Origin: Hyalangium minutum
GTDB lineage: Bacteria; Myxococcota; Myxococcia; Myxococcales; Myxococcaceae
Direction: 5' to 3'
Assembly: GCF_000737315.1 (NCBI RefSeq)
Contig: NZ_JMCB01000008.1
Coordinates: forward strand, 186,001-250,000
DNA length: 64,000 bases
The notes under the pieces are model-generated. The model saw only the letters and a list, made by a program, of their open reading frames with translations. It had not been told where the DNA came from and made no database searches. The position numbers and the translations under genes were made by a program. Below, piece by piece: positions 11,088-21,967 of the stretch (the stretch's first letter is position 1; each line of letters starts with the position of its first letter).

Positions 11088-11870
11088 ATGGGCTCGCCAC
11101 GAAAGCGCGTGCGGATGGGAGACCTTCTGGAGGTCAGCACTCCTCGGGGTCTCGCCTATGTGCAGTACGTCGGGAAGCATCCGGAATATGGCCACGCCAT
11201 CCGAGTCCTTCCAGGCTTCTTCCAGGCACGGCCTCAGGACTGGACCTCGTTGGCATCCCAACCAGGCTACTTCACCTTCTATCCTGTCAGCGCCGCTGTT
11301 TCGCAGGGGTTGGTCGCCATTGCCGCCCATCATCCGATCCCTTCGGGGCAGGAGTTGCCGACCATGTTCCGTCGACGCGGCGCGATTGCTCCAGACGGAA
11401 CGGTCCTGACGTGGCTCATCTTCGGCCATGGACCCGAGACGCTTCGAACAACGCTGAGCCCAGAGGAAAAGCGCCTCTCCATCGCCTCGATCTGGAACCA
11501 CGCGTTTCTGGTGGGTCGTCTTGTAGAAGAGTGGCGTCCGGACAAGGGGCCTCGCGCGGCTGAGTTCTCGCAGGTTCAGCACGTCCAGAGCGAGCCAGAG
11601 AATTCTCCAGCGTCACCTGAGCCAGAGAGCCCCCGCCGCATGGCGCATTACCTCTATTTTCCATCAGCCAAGGCAGGCAAGCCGGTCGCCACCGAGCTTC
11701 GGAAGCGCGGCTTCGAGATAGAGAGCCGCCGCAGCGGAGACGAACAGCACTGGCTTGTGCTCGCTACGCACAGTGTCGCAGGGGAGAACGCCGAGCACAC
11801 TCGCGATGAGCTTGAGCAGTTGGCGGAGCAGCACGGTGGCACTTATGACGGCTCTGAGGTTGCCACCTGA
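11088..11870 (+). CDS. Cognate immunity protein, Imm26-like N-terminus fused to RraB-like C-terminus
   Basis: ATG immediately follows the toxin TGA; GDLLEV...LAYVQYVG; C-terminal HYLYFP...GFEI...WLV...LAEQHGGTYDGSE. Confidence 0.75.
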   Translation: MGSPRKRVRMGDLLEVSTPRGLAYVQYVGKHPEYGHAIRVLPGFFQARPQDWTSLASQPGYFTFYPVSAAVSQGLVAIAAHHPIPSGQELPTMFRRRGAIAPDGTVLTWLIFGHGPETLRTTLSPEEKRLSIASIWNHAFLVGRLVEEWRPDKGPRAAEFSQVQHVQSEPENSPASPEPESPRRMAHYLYFPSAKAGKPVATELRKRGFEIESRRSGDEQHWLVLATHSVAGENAEHTRDELEQLAEQHGGTYDGSEVAT

Positions 11871-11998
11871 AGTCCTTCCGGTGACGCCCCCGTTACAAGA
11901 GTTCGTCGAGACGAAACCCATCAGAGCGGGTGCGTTCGGCCCTACCTGTGCAGTAGCATGACCGCCGTGCTCGCGACGGAGAGTCGCGAGGAGGCACC

Positions 11999-13300
11999 AT
12001 GCACTTCGATGCTCCTGACGTAGGCTCAACCGTTGGCCCCTGGCTCCTCCAGGAGCATGTGGACTCGGGAAGCTTCGGCATCGTCTACCTTGCCCGGCGT
12101 GCAGAGCAGCCGGACTCTCCGCGCACCCATCGCGAGTTGCTCCAGGTGCTCGCCCAGCTGGCAGGGGCCCTGGCCACTGCTCACGCACGCGGGGCCCTCC
12201 ACCGCGATGTGAAGGGCGAAAACATCCGCGTGCGCACCGATGGCCGGGCAGTGCTCTTGGACTGGGGCTCTGGGTGGTTCGAAGGAGCGTCCCCCCTCAC
12301 GGACAGCCCCGCCCCCCCTGGCACCACCGCGTACCGGCCTCCCGAGCAGCGCGCCTTCCAGTGGCAGTTTCGCAAGGACATGGAGGCCCGCTGGCACTCG
12401 ACCGCTACCGATGACCTCTACTCCTTAGGAGTCACCCTCTACCGCCTCGTCACGGGCAAGTACCTGCCACCCTGTACGGACGGCGGGGAGCCCGTAGCGC
12501 GCAAAGTGCCGCCGCCCTCGACCCTGGCCACCGTGTCCCCTGAGCTGGAAACGATCATCCTCCGGCTTATCTCCGACGACCGGAAGGTGCGGGGCACGGC
12601 AGAGCAACTGGCCCGAGAGTCCGCAATGATCGTAGAGACGGGCGGGCCTGCCTTGGACCTGGCGATTCGTCCAACGTCCAGCGCCCTCGTGACGGAGGAG
12701 GGAGAACCGCCCCAGCCCTCATCGGGAGGTCTGGACGACGACGGCCTCGAAGAGGACGAACGGCCCTCCGACTCGGTGCCCGCCAAACAGAAGAACCGTG
12801 CCGAAGTGGCGCCCTCCATGCGGGATCGCGTTCGCCAACACCATGAGCTGGCCGTGCCCGCTTGGCTTACCTGGACGGGCGCTTCCGCCATGGGAGGGCT
12901 CATCACTGCCCTTATGATGTTGTGGGTGCGGCCTGGGGTTCCAGAGCCCGCGCCCAAGCCCCTTCCCAACCCCACTCCCTGGCTCGCCACTCCCGAGGAA
13001 GTGGCTCCGTTCGCCCCGGATGCAGGCGTCGGAGAGGCGGCCCTGTCGAGCGTCGAGAATATGAACCCGCGCGTGGGAGACTTCGTTGTCTCCCTAGGTC
13101 GTTCCATGCCCTCTAAGCCGTTCCCTTTGCAACGGCGCCCACCTTGTAACCGTGGAGAGAAAGAGATCAACGGAGGGTGCTGGATCGGACCGATTGATGC
13201 AGAGAAGCCCCCGTGCGGCGACCAAATGTTCGACTACGAGGGCAGGTGTTACTTCGCGTCCTTTGGCGAAAACCGACAACCCACCTCTGGAGAGCCCTAA
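11999..13300 (+). pseudogene. Membrane Ser/Thr kinase with in-frame deletion of subdomains II-V (pseudokinase or decaying gene)
   Basis: G-loop SGSFGIVY runs almost directly into ...HRDVKGEN...DWG; no AxK lysine or alphaC Glu; TM helix and Cys-rich C-terminus retained. Confidence 0.75.
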
Positions 13301-13323
13301 TCAAGGCCGTGCGCGCGAAGCGC

Positions 13324-14727
13324 TCACGCCGTCCCGCGCCCTGAAGGCGAAGGCCCTGCCCCCTGAGGCGCCGCCGCACTGCCATCCGCAGGAACTGCCG
13401 CAGCCGCCTTGGCCGCCGCCTGGGGCTCCACCGTCACCCGCACCACGCGCGGCCCTTCCACCTCGTCCACGACGATGCGCCACATGTCCAGCTTCAGGCT
13501 GTCGCCCTTCTCCGGCACCTTGCCCAGCTTCGTCATCAGGTAGCCCGCAATCGTCGTCACCTCGCCCTGCTCGTCCTCCTTCAGGTCGAAGTTGACGTCC
13601 AGCCGCTCCTCCAAATCGTCCAGCTGCGCCGTGCCCGGCAACTCGAAGCGGCCACCCGGCAGCGAGCGCACCTCGTCCATCCGCCGCCCCAGCTCCGCCA
13701 CGTCCCCCACCACCTCCGCCACCACGTCCGCGATGCTCACCAGCCCCGACGTGCCGCCGTGCTCGTCCACCACCAGCGCCGTCTGCCGGCGCCGCCGCCG
13801 GAACTCCGCCAGCAGCTGCTCCAGCGTCACGTTCTCCGGGATGAACAGCACCGGCCGCTGCACCTGCGACAGGGCCCTCAGCTCCCCCCTCGACAGCAGG
13901 AAGAACAGGTCCTTCGCATTCACCACGCCCTCCACCTCGTCCAGGCTCCCGCGGCACACCGGCAGCCACGTGTGCCCCGCCGCCCGCGCGTCCGCGATGC
14001 ACTTCTCCAGCGGCTCCTCCACGTCCAGGTACTTCACCTGGTTCCGAGGCACCATCACCTGCCGCGCCGTCTTCTGCGCCATCTCCAGCGCCCGCTCGAG
14101 CAGCTCCGCTCGCGCCGTGGTGATCGACCCCGCCTCCGCCGAGCTGTTCAGGATGACTTTCAGCTCGTCCTCGCTGTGCGCCTCGTGCGTCTCGCTCGCC
14201 GACTCCAGACCGAACAGCCGCAGCAATCGCCCCGCAATCCCGTTCAGCAGCCAGATCGCCGGGTAGAACAGGAAGTAGAAGGCCCGCATCGGCAGCGCCA
14301 CCGCCAGCGTCGTGGCCTCTGCCCGCTGGATCGCCAAGCTCTTGGGCGCCAGCTCTCCCACGATGATGTGCAGGAACGTGATGATCACGAACGCGACCGC
14401 CACCGCCGCGCTGTGCCCCACCGTGGCCACCGCCTCCGCTGGGACAATCCGCGCGATCACCGGCTCCAGCAGGTGCGCGAACGCGGGCTCACCCAGCCAG
14501 CCCAGCCCCAGCGACGCCAAGGTAATGCCGAACTGCGTGGCGGAGAGGTAGGCATCCAGCTTCTCCACCATCTTCAGCGCGTTGCCCGCCCCGGGCTTGC
14601 CCTCGTCCACCATCGCCTGCAGGCGCGTGCCGCGGATCTTCACGATGGCGAACTCCGTCGCCACGAAGAAGCCGTTTGCGAACACCAACAGAATCGCCAG
14701 TCCTAGGAAGATCCACTCGCTCGCCAT
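13324..14727 (-). CDS. Hemolysin family / CNNM-CBS-CorC protein
   Basis: NGFFVATEFA, GELAPKSLAI, CBS pair, VDEHGGTSG, CorC/HlyC C-terminal domain. Confidence 0.93.
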   Translation of the reverse strand: MASEWIFLGLAILLVFANGFFVATEFAIVKIRGTRLQAMVDEGKPGAGNALKMVEKLDAYLSATQFGITLASLGLGWLGEPAFAHLLEPVIARIVPAEAVATVGHSAAVAVAFVIITFLHIIVGELAPKSLAIQRAEATTLAVALPMRAFYFLFYPAIWLLNGIAGRLLRLFGLESASETHEAHSEDELKVILNSSAEAGSITTARAELLERALEMAQKTARQVMVPRNQVKYLDVEEPLEKCIADARAAGHTWLPVCRGSLDEVEGVVNAKDLFFLLSRGELRALSQVQRPVLFIPENVTLEQLLAEFRRRRRQTALVVDEHGGTSGLVSIADVVAEVVGDVAELGRRMDEVRSLPGGRFELPGTAQLDDLEERLDVNFDLKEDEQGEVTTIAGYLMTKLGKVPEKGDSLKLDMWRIVVDEVEGPRVVRVTVEPQAAAKAAAAVPADGSAAAPQGAGPSPSGRGTA

Positions 14728-14731
14728 GGCG

Positions 14732-15547
14732 TTAGAACAACGCCTCGAACTCGGGATCGCCCTTGAGAGAGTCGAACATGGGGTCCGTCGACAGCCACCC
14801 CATCACCTTCCCCTTGTCCGCCGCCAACGCCTTCTGCAGGAACGACACCGCGTCCTTGGGCCGCCCCCACAGCGCGTACAGCGCCGCCAGGTTGTAGTTC
14901 AGCAGCAGATCCTCGCCGTTCAGCGTCCGCGCCTTCTCGTACGCCCGCTCGGCCTCCGCGTAGAAGCCCTTCTGCGCGTAGCAGATGCCCAAGTCCAGAT
15001 GCGCCTCGAAGTTGTCCGCCTCCAGCCGCACCACCTCTTTGAGCTGGGTGATGGCCGAGCGGTAGTCCCCCTCGTCCATCTGCAGCGCGGCCAGCTCGTG
15101 CCGGGGGAACGCATCCTGCGAGTCCAGCTCGATGGCCGTCTGCAGCTCGCGCATCGCCTCCTCCACCCGGCCCTGGTCCGCGTACGTGAGCCCCAGGTTC
15201 AGGTGGGCGTCCGGGTACTCCGGATCCAGCTCGATGGCCTCCTTGTACTCCTCCACCGCCATCTCAGCCGCATGGGTGGAGAGGAAGCAGGCGAGGTTGT
15301 AGTGCGCCGTGGCGCTGTCCGGCTCCAGCTTGAGCGCCGTGAGGTACTCGCTCAGCGCCTCACGGAAGAGCTTCTTCTCCGCGTACACCGTCGCCAGGTT
15401 GTCGTGGGCGTGCGCCGAGGCGGGATCCAGATCGATCGCTTTCTTGAACTCCTTGATTGCCTCGTCCAGCCACCCGCGGTCCGCGAGCTCGATTCCCCGG
15501 GAGTTGTGCTCGTCGGAGAGTGCAATGTTGTCCTTTTCGCGGGCCAT
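14732..15547 (-). CDS. TPR-repeat protein
   Basis: Repeated AH.NL...Y...G...EA...Y..AL.L.P units. Confidence 0.9.
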   Translation of the reverse strand: MAREKDNIALSDEHNSRGIELADRGWLDEAIKEFKKAIDLDPASAHAHDNLATVYAEKKLFREALSEYLTALKLEPDSATAHYNLACFLSTHAAEMAVEEYKEAIELDPEYPDAHLNLGLTYADQGRVEEAMRELQTAIELDSQDAFPRHELAALQMDEGDYRSAITQLKEVVRLEADNFEAHLDLGICYAQKGFYAEAERAYEKARTLNGEDLLLNYNLAALYALWGRPKDAVSFLQKALAADKGKVMGWLSTDPMFDSLKGDPEFEALF

Positions 15548-15609
15548 GAATCGCCGGGCAATCTACGCGCCGCCAATCGAAGGGCGCAAGGTAGAGTTTC
15601 CCTCCACTT

Positions 15610-16851
15610 ATGCGCCACTTCGCCCTGTTGCTGCTGCTGGCCACCGCGTGCACCCTCCGTCCGCTCCCGGACGCGCCTCCGGGCTCCCCGGGCAACCCGC
15701 CGGGCCGCGATCCCACCGCGCCGCCGCAGGACCCCGGCCCCTGGGCCCCCGAGCCTCAGAAACCGGGCACGCTAAACGTTCCAAACCCGACAGCCCCGGC
15801 TCAGCCCGCGGCCACCCTGGCCCCCCGTCCCGTCACCCTGCTGGTGGGCGGAGATGTGACGGTGGGCCACCACTACCAGACGTACTTCGACGAGCAGGTG
15901 GGCAAGGGCCGTACGCGCGAGGAGATGTTCGCCTACGGCTTCAAGGAGGTGAAGGCGGTGGCGGACACGGCGGACCTGTTCCTCGTGAACCTCGAGTGCC
16001 CCTTCACCGAGAGCTCCGACAAGCTGCCCAAGAACTTCAACTTCCGCGCCCGGCCCGAGTTCGTGAACACCCTGCTGGCGGGAGGCGTGGACGTGGTGAG
16101 CCTCGCCAACAACCACATGATGGACTACGGCCCCCAGGGGCTCGTGGACACGCTGATGACGCTGGAGCAGGCGAAGATTCCCCACTTCGGCGCCGGCCGC
16201 ACCCTGGCCGAGGCCCGCCGCCCTGCCCTCGTCACCGTGGGCGGTGTGCGCTTCGCCTTCCTGGGCTACTTCTTCCTCGGCGACCGCAACATCGAGCCCG
16301 CCCAGGTGTACGCCACCGAGACGACGCCCGGCGTGGCCGGCCACTACTCGGACGTGGCGGTGCTGGAGCGGATGCTCCGGGAGGACATCCTCGCGGCCAA
16401 GGCCCAGGCGGACGTGGTGCTCCCCTTCTTCCACTGGGGCGTCGAGAGCACCTACAACCCCCTGCCCTACCAGCTCCAGTTGGCGCGCGCGGCCATCGAG
16501 GCGGGCGCGGCAGGAGTGCTCGGCAGCCACCCGCACGTGCTCCAGGCCATGGAGCTGCACCAGGGCGCTCCGGCCATCTACTCGCTGGGGAACTTCGTGT
16601 TCGGGGGCAACTGGAACCCCAAGGACAAGCGCAGCGCGCTCCTCAAGGCCCGCTTCTCCCCGGGCGGCTACCTGTCGAGCGAGCTCATCCCGCTGCGCAC
16701 GGACCGGTACCCGGAGTTCCCCATGCAGCCCAGCGTCGTCTCCGGCCCTGAGGCCGCCGAGGTGCTCAAGCTGCTGGCTTCCAGCTCCGCGAAATTGCCC
16801 CGCATGCTGCCTGAGCTGGAGCCCTACCGCCCGGCCAGCGCCTCCCCCTAG
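15610..16851 (+). CDS. CapA/PgsA-family metallophosphoesterase lipoprotein
   Basis: GDV, NLE, LANNH, HWG, GSHPH, YSLGNF motifs; lipobox ATAC. Confidence 0.9.
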   Translation: MRHFALLLLLATACTLRPLPDAPPGSPGNPPGRDPTAPPQDPGPWAPEPQKPGTLNVPNPTAPAQPAATLAPRPVTLLVGGDVTVGHHYQTYFDEQVGKGRTREEMFAYGFKEVKAVADTADLFLVNLECPFTESSDKLPKNFNFRARPEFVNTLLAGGVDVVSLANNHMMDYGPQGLVDTLMTLEQAKIPHFGAGRTLAEARRPALVTVGGVRFAFLGYFFLGDRNIEPAQVYATETTPGVAGHYSDVAVLERMLREDILAAKAQADVVLPFFHWGVESTYNPLPYQLQLARAAIEAGAAGVLGSHPHVLQAMELHQGAPAIYSLGNFVFGGNWNPKDKRSALLKARFSPGGYLSSELIPLRTDRYPEFPMQPSVVSGPEAAEVLKLLASSSAKLPRMLPELEPYRPASASP

Positions 16852-16883
16852 CTACGGGGGGAGGGCTCGGGCGCGAGCGGGTG

Positions 16884-17012
16884 TTACTTGTGGCGGGCCT
16901 TGTTGCTCTGGCCGCGCACCGCGCGCTTCCGGCGGCGCTTCAGGACGGACTTCTTCGTCTTCGCGCGGTTGGACAGCTTCTTCTTGCTGCGATTTCCCTT
17001 CTGGGCGGGCAT
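16884..17012 (-). CDS. 42-aa highly basic small protein (MPAQKGNRSKKKLSNRAKTKKSVLKRRRKRAVRGQSNKARHK)
   Basis: ATG at 17012 with upstream GGAG RBS, TAA at 16884; Lys/Arg-rich; divergent from prfA. Confidence 0.7.
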   Translation of the reverse strand: MPAQKGNRSKKKLSNRAKTKKSVLKRRRKRAVRGQSNKARHK

Positions 17013-17162
17013 GTTCTGGCACTCCAGTGCAGTTGTTGAGCCGCAGTGTAGCGGCAACGGGCGCCCTTCTTTCACGCCCCTGGCCAGCCTTCCAAGGAAT
17101 TTCTTGAGGCCTTCCACCCTTGCCAGCGGGCAGGCAACGGGGCAATACCCCGGGTAACAACG

Positions 17163-18262
<1,100 letters not shown>

Positions 18263-18266
<4 letters not shown>

Positions 18267-19144
18267 GCAGCGACACCTGGACCATCCGCAAGGTCCTCAC
18301 CTGGACGACCCAGCACTTCGAGAAGCGCCAGGTGGACGCGCCGCGGCTCACCGCCGATGTGCTGCTGTCCCACGTGCTGAAGGTGAGCCGGGTGCGCCTC
18401 TACGTGGACCTGGATCGGCCGCTCTCCAAGGAGGAGCTGGCCTCCTTCCGCGCCCTCATCGAGCGCCGCATCTCCGGCGAGCCCACCCAGTACCTGACCG
18501 GTGTGAAGGAGTTCTACAACCGCCCGTTCAAGGTGGATCAGCGGGTGCTCATCCCCCGCCCCGAGACGGAGCTGCTGGTGGAGGCCAGCTTGCACGCGCT
18601 GCCCAAGGACACGCCCAGCCGCGCCCTGGATGTGTGCACGGGCTCCGGCTGCATCGCCGTCAGCCTGGCCGCCGAGCGCCCCCAGGCCTCGGTCCTGGCC
18701 ACGGACCTGTCGCCCGAGGCCTGCGCCCTGGCCCGGGAGAACGCCGAGGCCCTCGGTGTGGGCGCCCGCGTCACCATCGTCCAGGGGGACCTGTTCACCC
18801 CCGTGCCGCCGGACGCGCGCTTCCACCTCGTCGTCTCCAATCCGCCGTACATCGAGACGGGGGAAATCCCCAGTCTGTCGGCGGAGGTGCGCCGGGAGCC
18901 TCACCTGGCCCTGGACGGCGGGAAGGATGGGCTCGACGCCCTGCGCCGCGTCATCCGGGAGGCCCGCCGCTTCCTGCGGCCTGGCGGCCTCCTTGCAATG
19001 GAGATTGGAGAAACCCAGGGGAACGCCGTCCGGGAGCTCCTCCAAGCCGCGGGGTACGAGAACGCGCGGGTGGAGAAGGACCTGGAGCGGCGGGACCGCT
19101 TGGCTTTTGGGACACAACCTGCGGCCACCGGGCCACAGGCGTGA
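18263..19144 (+). CDS. prmC: Release factor glutamine methyltransferase
   Basis: [19 protein letters not shown]; ATGA overlap with prfA. Confidence 0.97.
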
Positions 19145-19154
19145 GACAGGACCG

Positions 19155-20423
19155 ATGGACAAGATCGTCGTGAAGGGTGGCCCCGCGCTGCACGGGGAGG
19201 TGAAGGTCTCGGGAGCGAAGAATGCCGCGCTCCCCATCCTCGCCTCCTCGCTGCTGGCCGACGGGACAAGCGTCTACCGCAACGTGCCGGACCTGGTGGA
19301 TGTGTCCACCATGCTCAAGGTGCTCAACACCATGGGCTGCGAGGCCGAGCGCCTCACCGGCCGCCAGAAGAACGTCTGCCAGGTCGCCGTGGGTGGCAAC
19401 ACCATCACCCCCGAGGCCCCGTACGACTTGGTGAAGACCATGAGGGCCTCCGTGCTGGTACTCGGGCCGCTGGTGGCCCGCTACGGCCGCGCCCGCGTCT
19501 CCATGCCCGGTGGCTGCGCTATTGGCGCTCGGCCCATCGATCAGCACCTCAAGGGGCTCAAGGCCCTGGGCGCCGACATCACCCTCACCGAGGGCTATGT
19601 GGAGGCCCGCGCCAAGCACCTCAAGGGCGGCACGGTCAACTTTGACGTCATCACCGTCACCGGCACGGAGAACGTGATGATGGCGGCGGTGCTGGCCAAG
19701 GGCCACACCGTCCTGGAGAACTGCGCCCGCGAGCCCGAGGTGGAGGAGCTGGCCAAGGTCCTCAACAAGATGGGCGCCCGGATTGAGGGCGCCGGCACCT
19801 CCGTCATCACCATCGACGGGGTGGACTCCCTGCACCCAGTGGAGCACAGCATCCTCCCGGACCGCATCGAGGCAGGGACCCTGCTGGTGGCCGCAGCCAT
19901 CAGCGGCGGAGACGTGCTGGTGAAGCACGCCGTGCCCGAGCACCTGGAGCCCGTCATCCAGAAGCTGCGCGAGGCCGGCTGCACCCTCACCACCGAGAAC
20001 GGCGGCATCCGCTGCAAGGCCCCCAAAACCATCCACCCGGTGGACGTCACGACGACGGAACACCCGGGATTTCCAACGGATATGCAGGCTCAGCTGATGG
20101 TGCTGATGTGCGTGGCCAACGGCACCTCGGTCATCTCGGAGAACATCTTCGAGAACCGCTTCATGCATGTGGCGGAGCTGCATCGCATGGGCGCCGACAT
20201 CACCATCCAAGGCCCCACGGCCGTGGTGAAGGGGGTCAAGAAGCTGTCCGGTGCGCCCGTCATGGCCACGGACTTGCGGGCCAGCGCCTCGCTGATCCTC
20301 GCCGGCCTGAGGGCCGAGGGCCGCACGGACGTGGCCCGCGTCTACCACCTGGACCGGGGCTACGAGCGGCTCGAGCGCAAGCTGCGGGGCCTGGGAGCGG
20401 ACATCCGCAGGGTCAAGGCCTGA
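19155..20423 (+). CDS. murA: UDP-N-acetylglucosamine 1-carboxyvinyltransferase
   Basis: [40 protein letters not shown]. Confidence 0.98.
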   Translation: MDKIVVKGGPALHGEVKVSGAKNAALPILASSLLADGTSVYRNVPDLVDVSTMLKVLNTMGCEAERLTGRQKNVCQVAVGGNTITPEAPYDLVKTMRASVLVLGPLVARYGRARVSMPGGCAIGARPIDQHLKGLKALGADITLTEGYVEARAKHLKGGTVNFDVITVTGTENVMMAAVLAKGHTVLENCAREPEVEELAKVLNKMGARIEGAGTSVITIDGVDSLHPVEHSILPDRIEAGTLLVAAAISGGDVLVKHAVPEHLEPVIQKLREAGCTLTTENGGIRCKAPKTIHPVDVTTTEHPGFPTDMQAQLMVLMCVANGTSVISENIFENRFMHVAELHRMGADITIQGPTAVVKGVKKLSGAPVMATDLRASASLILAGLRAEGRTDVARVYHLDRGYERLERKLRGLGADIRRVKA

Positions 20424-20466
20424 GGGCAGCGGGACGGTCCGTTGCCAACAGATCGCCCGACACCGG

Positions 20467-20496
20467 TTGCATCCGGAAATTTGGGCGCCCTATCAT
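20467..20496 (+). promoter_or_regulatory. Putative sigma70-type promoter for the zinc-ribbon gene
   Basis: TTGCAT-N18-TATCAT. Confidence 0.4.
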
Positions 20497-20548
20497 TCTC
20501 CGAACCACGGGGAGCAAGGCTCCCCCTACCAGGAGAACGAGCCGCCCC

Positions 20549-20938
20549 ATGAACTGTCCCGCATGCAACGTCGAGATGGCCGATCTCGAAGGGGACGACA
20601 TGACGTTGCGCAAGTGTGGAGAATGCGGCGGTCTCTGGATCGACGTGGCGGACCTCAACCGGGTCCTTCTCCACAGCAACCTCCCCGGGCTGGAGAGTCA
20701 GGGCGGCAAGGTGGATGCGGAGGCGCTCACCGGTCAGTGCCCCGAGTGTCAGGTGGATCTGGTCCGCGTCACCGGGGGTGATCGCCAGCACCCTCTCAGC
20801 TACGACACCTGCGAGTCCTGCGGCGGCATCTTCCTGGAGTCCGAGTTCCAGGACGCCACGGACGTGAAGGTCGCCGTGAAGGAGATCGTCGACTTCTTCA
20901 AGGCGTTCAGCGCGAAGAAGAAGTCGGCCGCCGTCTAG
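20549..20938 (+). CDS. Double zinc-ribbon (zf-TFIIB-like) protein
   Basis: CPAC...CGECGGLWID and CPEC...CESCGGIFLE; AGGAG RBS. Confidence 0.88.
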   Translation: MNCPACNVEMADLEGDDMTLRKCGECGGLWIDVADLNRVLLHSNLPGLESQGGKVDAEALTGQCPECQVDLVRVTGGDRQHPLSYDTCESCGGIFLESEFQDATDVKVAVKEIVDFFKAFSAKKKSAAV

Positions 20939-20946
20939 GCCAGCAA

Positions 20947-20962
20947 GGCCCCCGAAGGGGCC
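20947..20962. terminator. Short hairpin between convergent genes
   Basis: GGCCCC-CGAA-GGGGCC. Confidence 0.45.
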
Positions 20963-20974
20963 CTCGTGCGCCGC

Positions 20975-21829
20975 TCAGCCACGGCTCCGGAAGGGCTGCT
21001 TCCACTCGTCCGGGAGCTCGCCGTCCAGGGTGAGCGTGTACTCGCCCGGCTGGCCCTCTGCCTCCTCGCGGGTGAAGCGGACGGACACCTTGCCCTTCTT
21101 CGGAATCTCCAGCGTCACCTTCGAGCTTGAGACCGAGTAGGTGCCCGTCAGCACGGTGGGCTCCTCGCCTCCCAGCGGCTCCAGGGTGAAGCGGTACGTC
21201 CCGTCCACATAGAAGGACAGGAAGCGATCCGGCGCACCCTGCAGGCCGCCGAACCACGTGCCCACCACCGGCGCCTGGCGCGCGTCGTACTTGAGCACCG
21301 GGGCCAGCTTCGTCCCGTTGAGCGCCTTGCCCTGGTAATAGAAGACGACGTCCGTGAGGCAGACGGGGATCTGCGACTCGGAGCCGGGGAACACGTCCTT
21401 CACCTCCAGCGTGAACCAGCCGCCGGTGACGGGCGGGTTGAGCGGCACCGTCTGCTGGCCCCGCTTGTCCTCCAGGGTGAAGTTGCGCGCGCTGTCCTTG
21501 CCCTCCAGGGAGATCTTCTTGGCCCGGGCGTAGCCCTTGAAGGACTCCCGATCCGTGCCGTTGCCCGTGTACACGCGCACCTCGTCCACGGTCGTCACGC
21601 CCTTGAAGCCGATGGTCAGCCGCGCGGGGGCTCCCTCTCCCTCGGGGGCGCACCACACGGTGGTGTCCCGCCCGTCGAGCACGTTCAACGGAGTGTATTT
21701 CCCGGGGTTGGAGTCCTTCTCCAGGTAGTCCCCCGACTGGGCATAGCCCACGGAGGGAGGGGGCGCGGCAAGCGCGCTCGGAGCGGTGGCGAGCATCAAC
21801 AAGGGCGGCAAGACGAGGTGGCTTCGCAT
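20975..21829 (-). CDS. Secreted protein with discoidin-like (NADase-type glycan-binding) domain
   Basis: Signal peptide; NVLDGRDTTVW motif; start at ATG 21829. Confidence 0.75.
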   Translation of the reverse strand: MRSHLVLPPLLMLATAPSALAAPPPSVGYAQSGDYLEKDSNPGKYTPLNVLDGRDTTVWCAPEGEGAPARLTIGFKGVTTVDEVRVYTGNGTDRESFKGYARAKKISLEGKDSARNFTLEDKRGQQTVPLNPPVTGGWFTLEVKDVFPGSESQIPVCLTDVVFYYQGKALNGTKLAPVLKYDARQAPVVGTWFGGLQGAPDRFLSFYVDGTYRFTLEPLGGEEPTVLTGTYSVSSSKVTLEIPKKGKVSVRFTREEAEGQPGEYTLTLDGELPDEWKQPFRSRG

Positions 21830-21967
21830 GATCCCGCATCTTGGATCGCCCTCCGGGTGCCCCTCCAGTCCACGGACCGTCCGGATGAAAACCGGGGCTG
21901 CGGTGTTTGCGATGCTTGACACCCCGTCCCTACGGGGAAGAGTAGGCGGCCGATGCGAGGGAACGCG

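Noticed and set aside
9690-13323. Target-site duplication around the SitA5-kinase block
   Set aside because: No flanking direct or inverted repeat recognised by eye, so it is not called a mobile element
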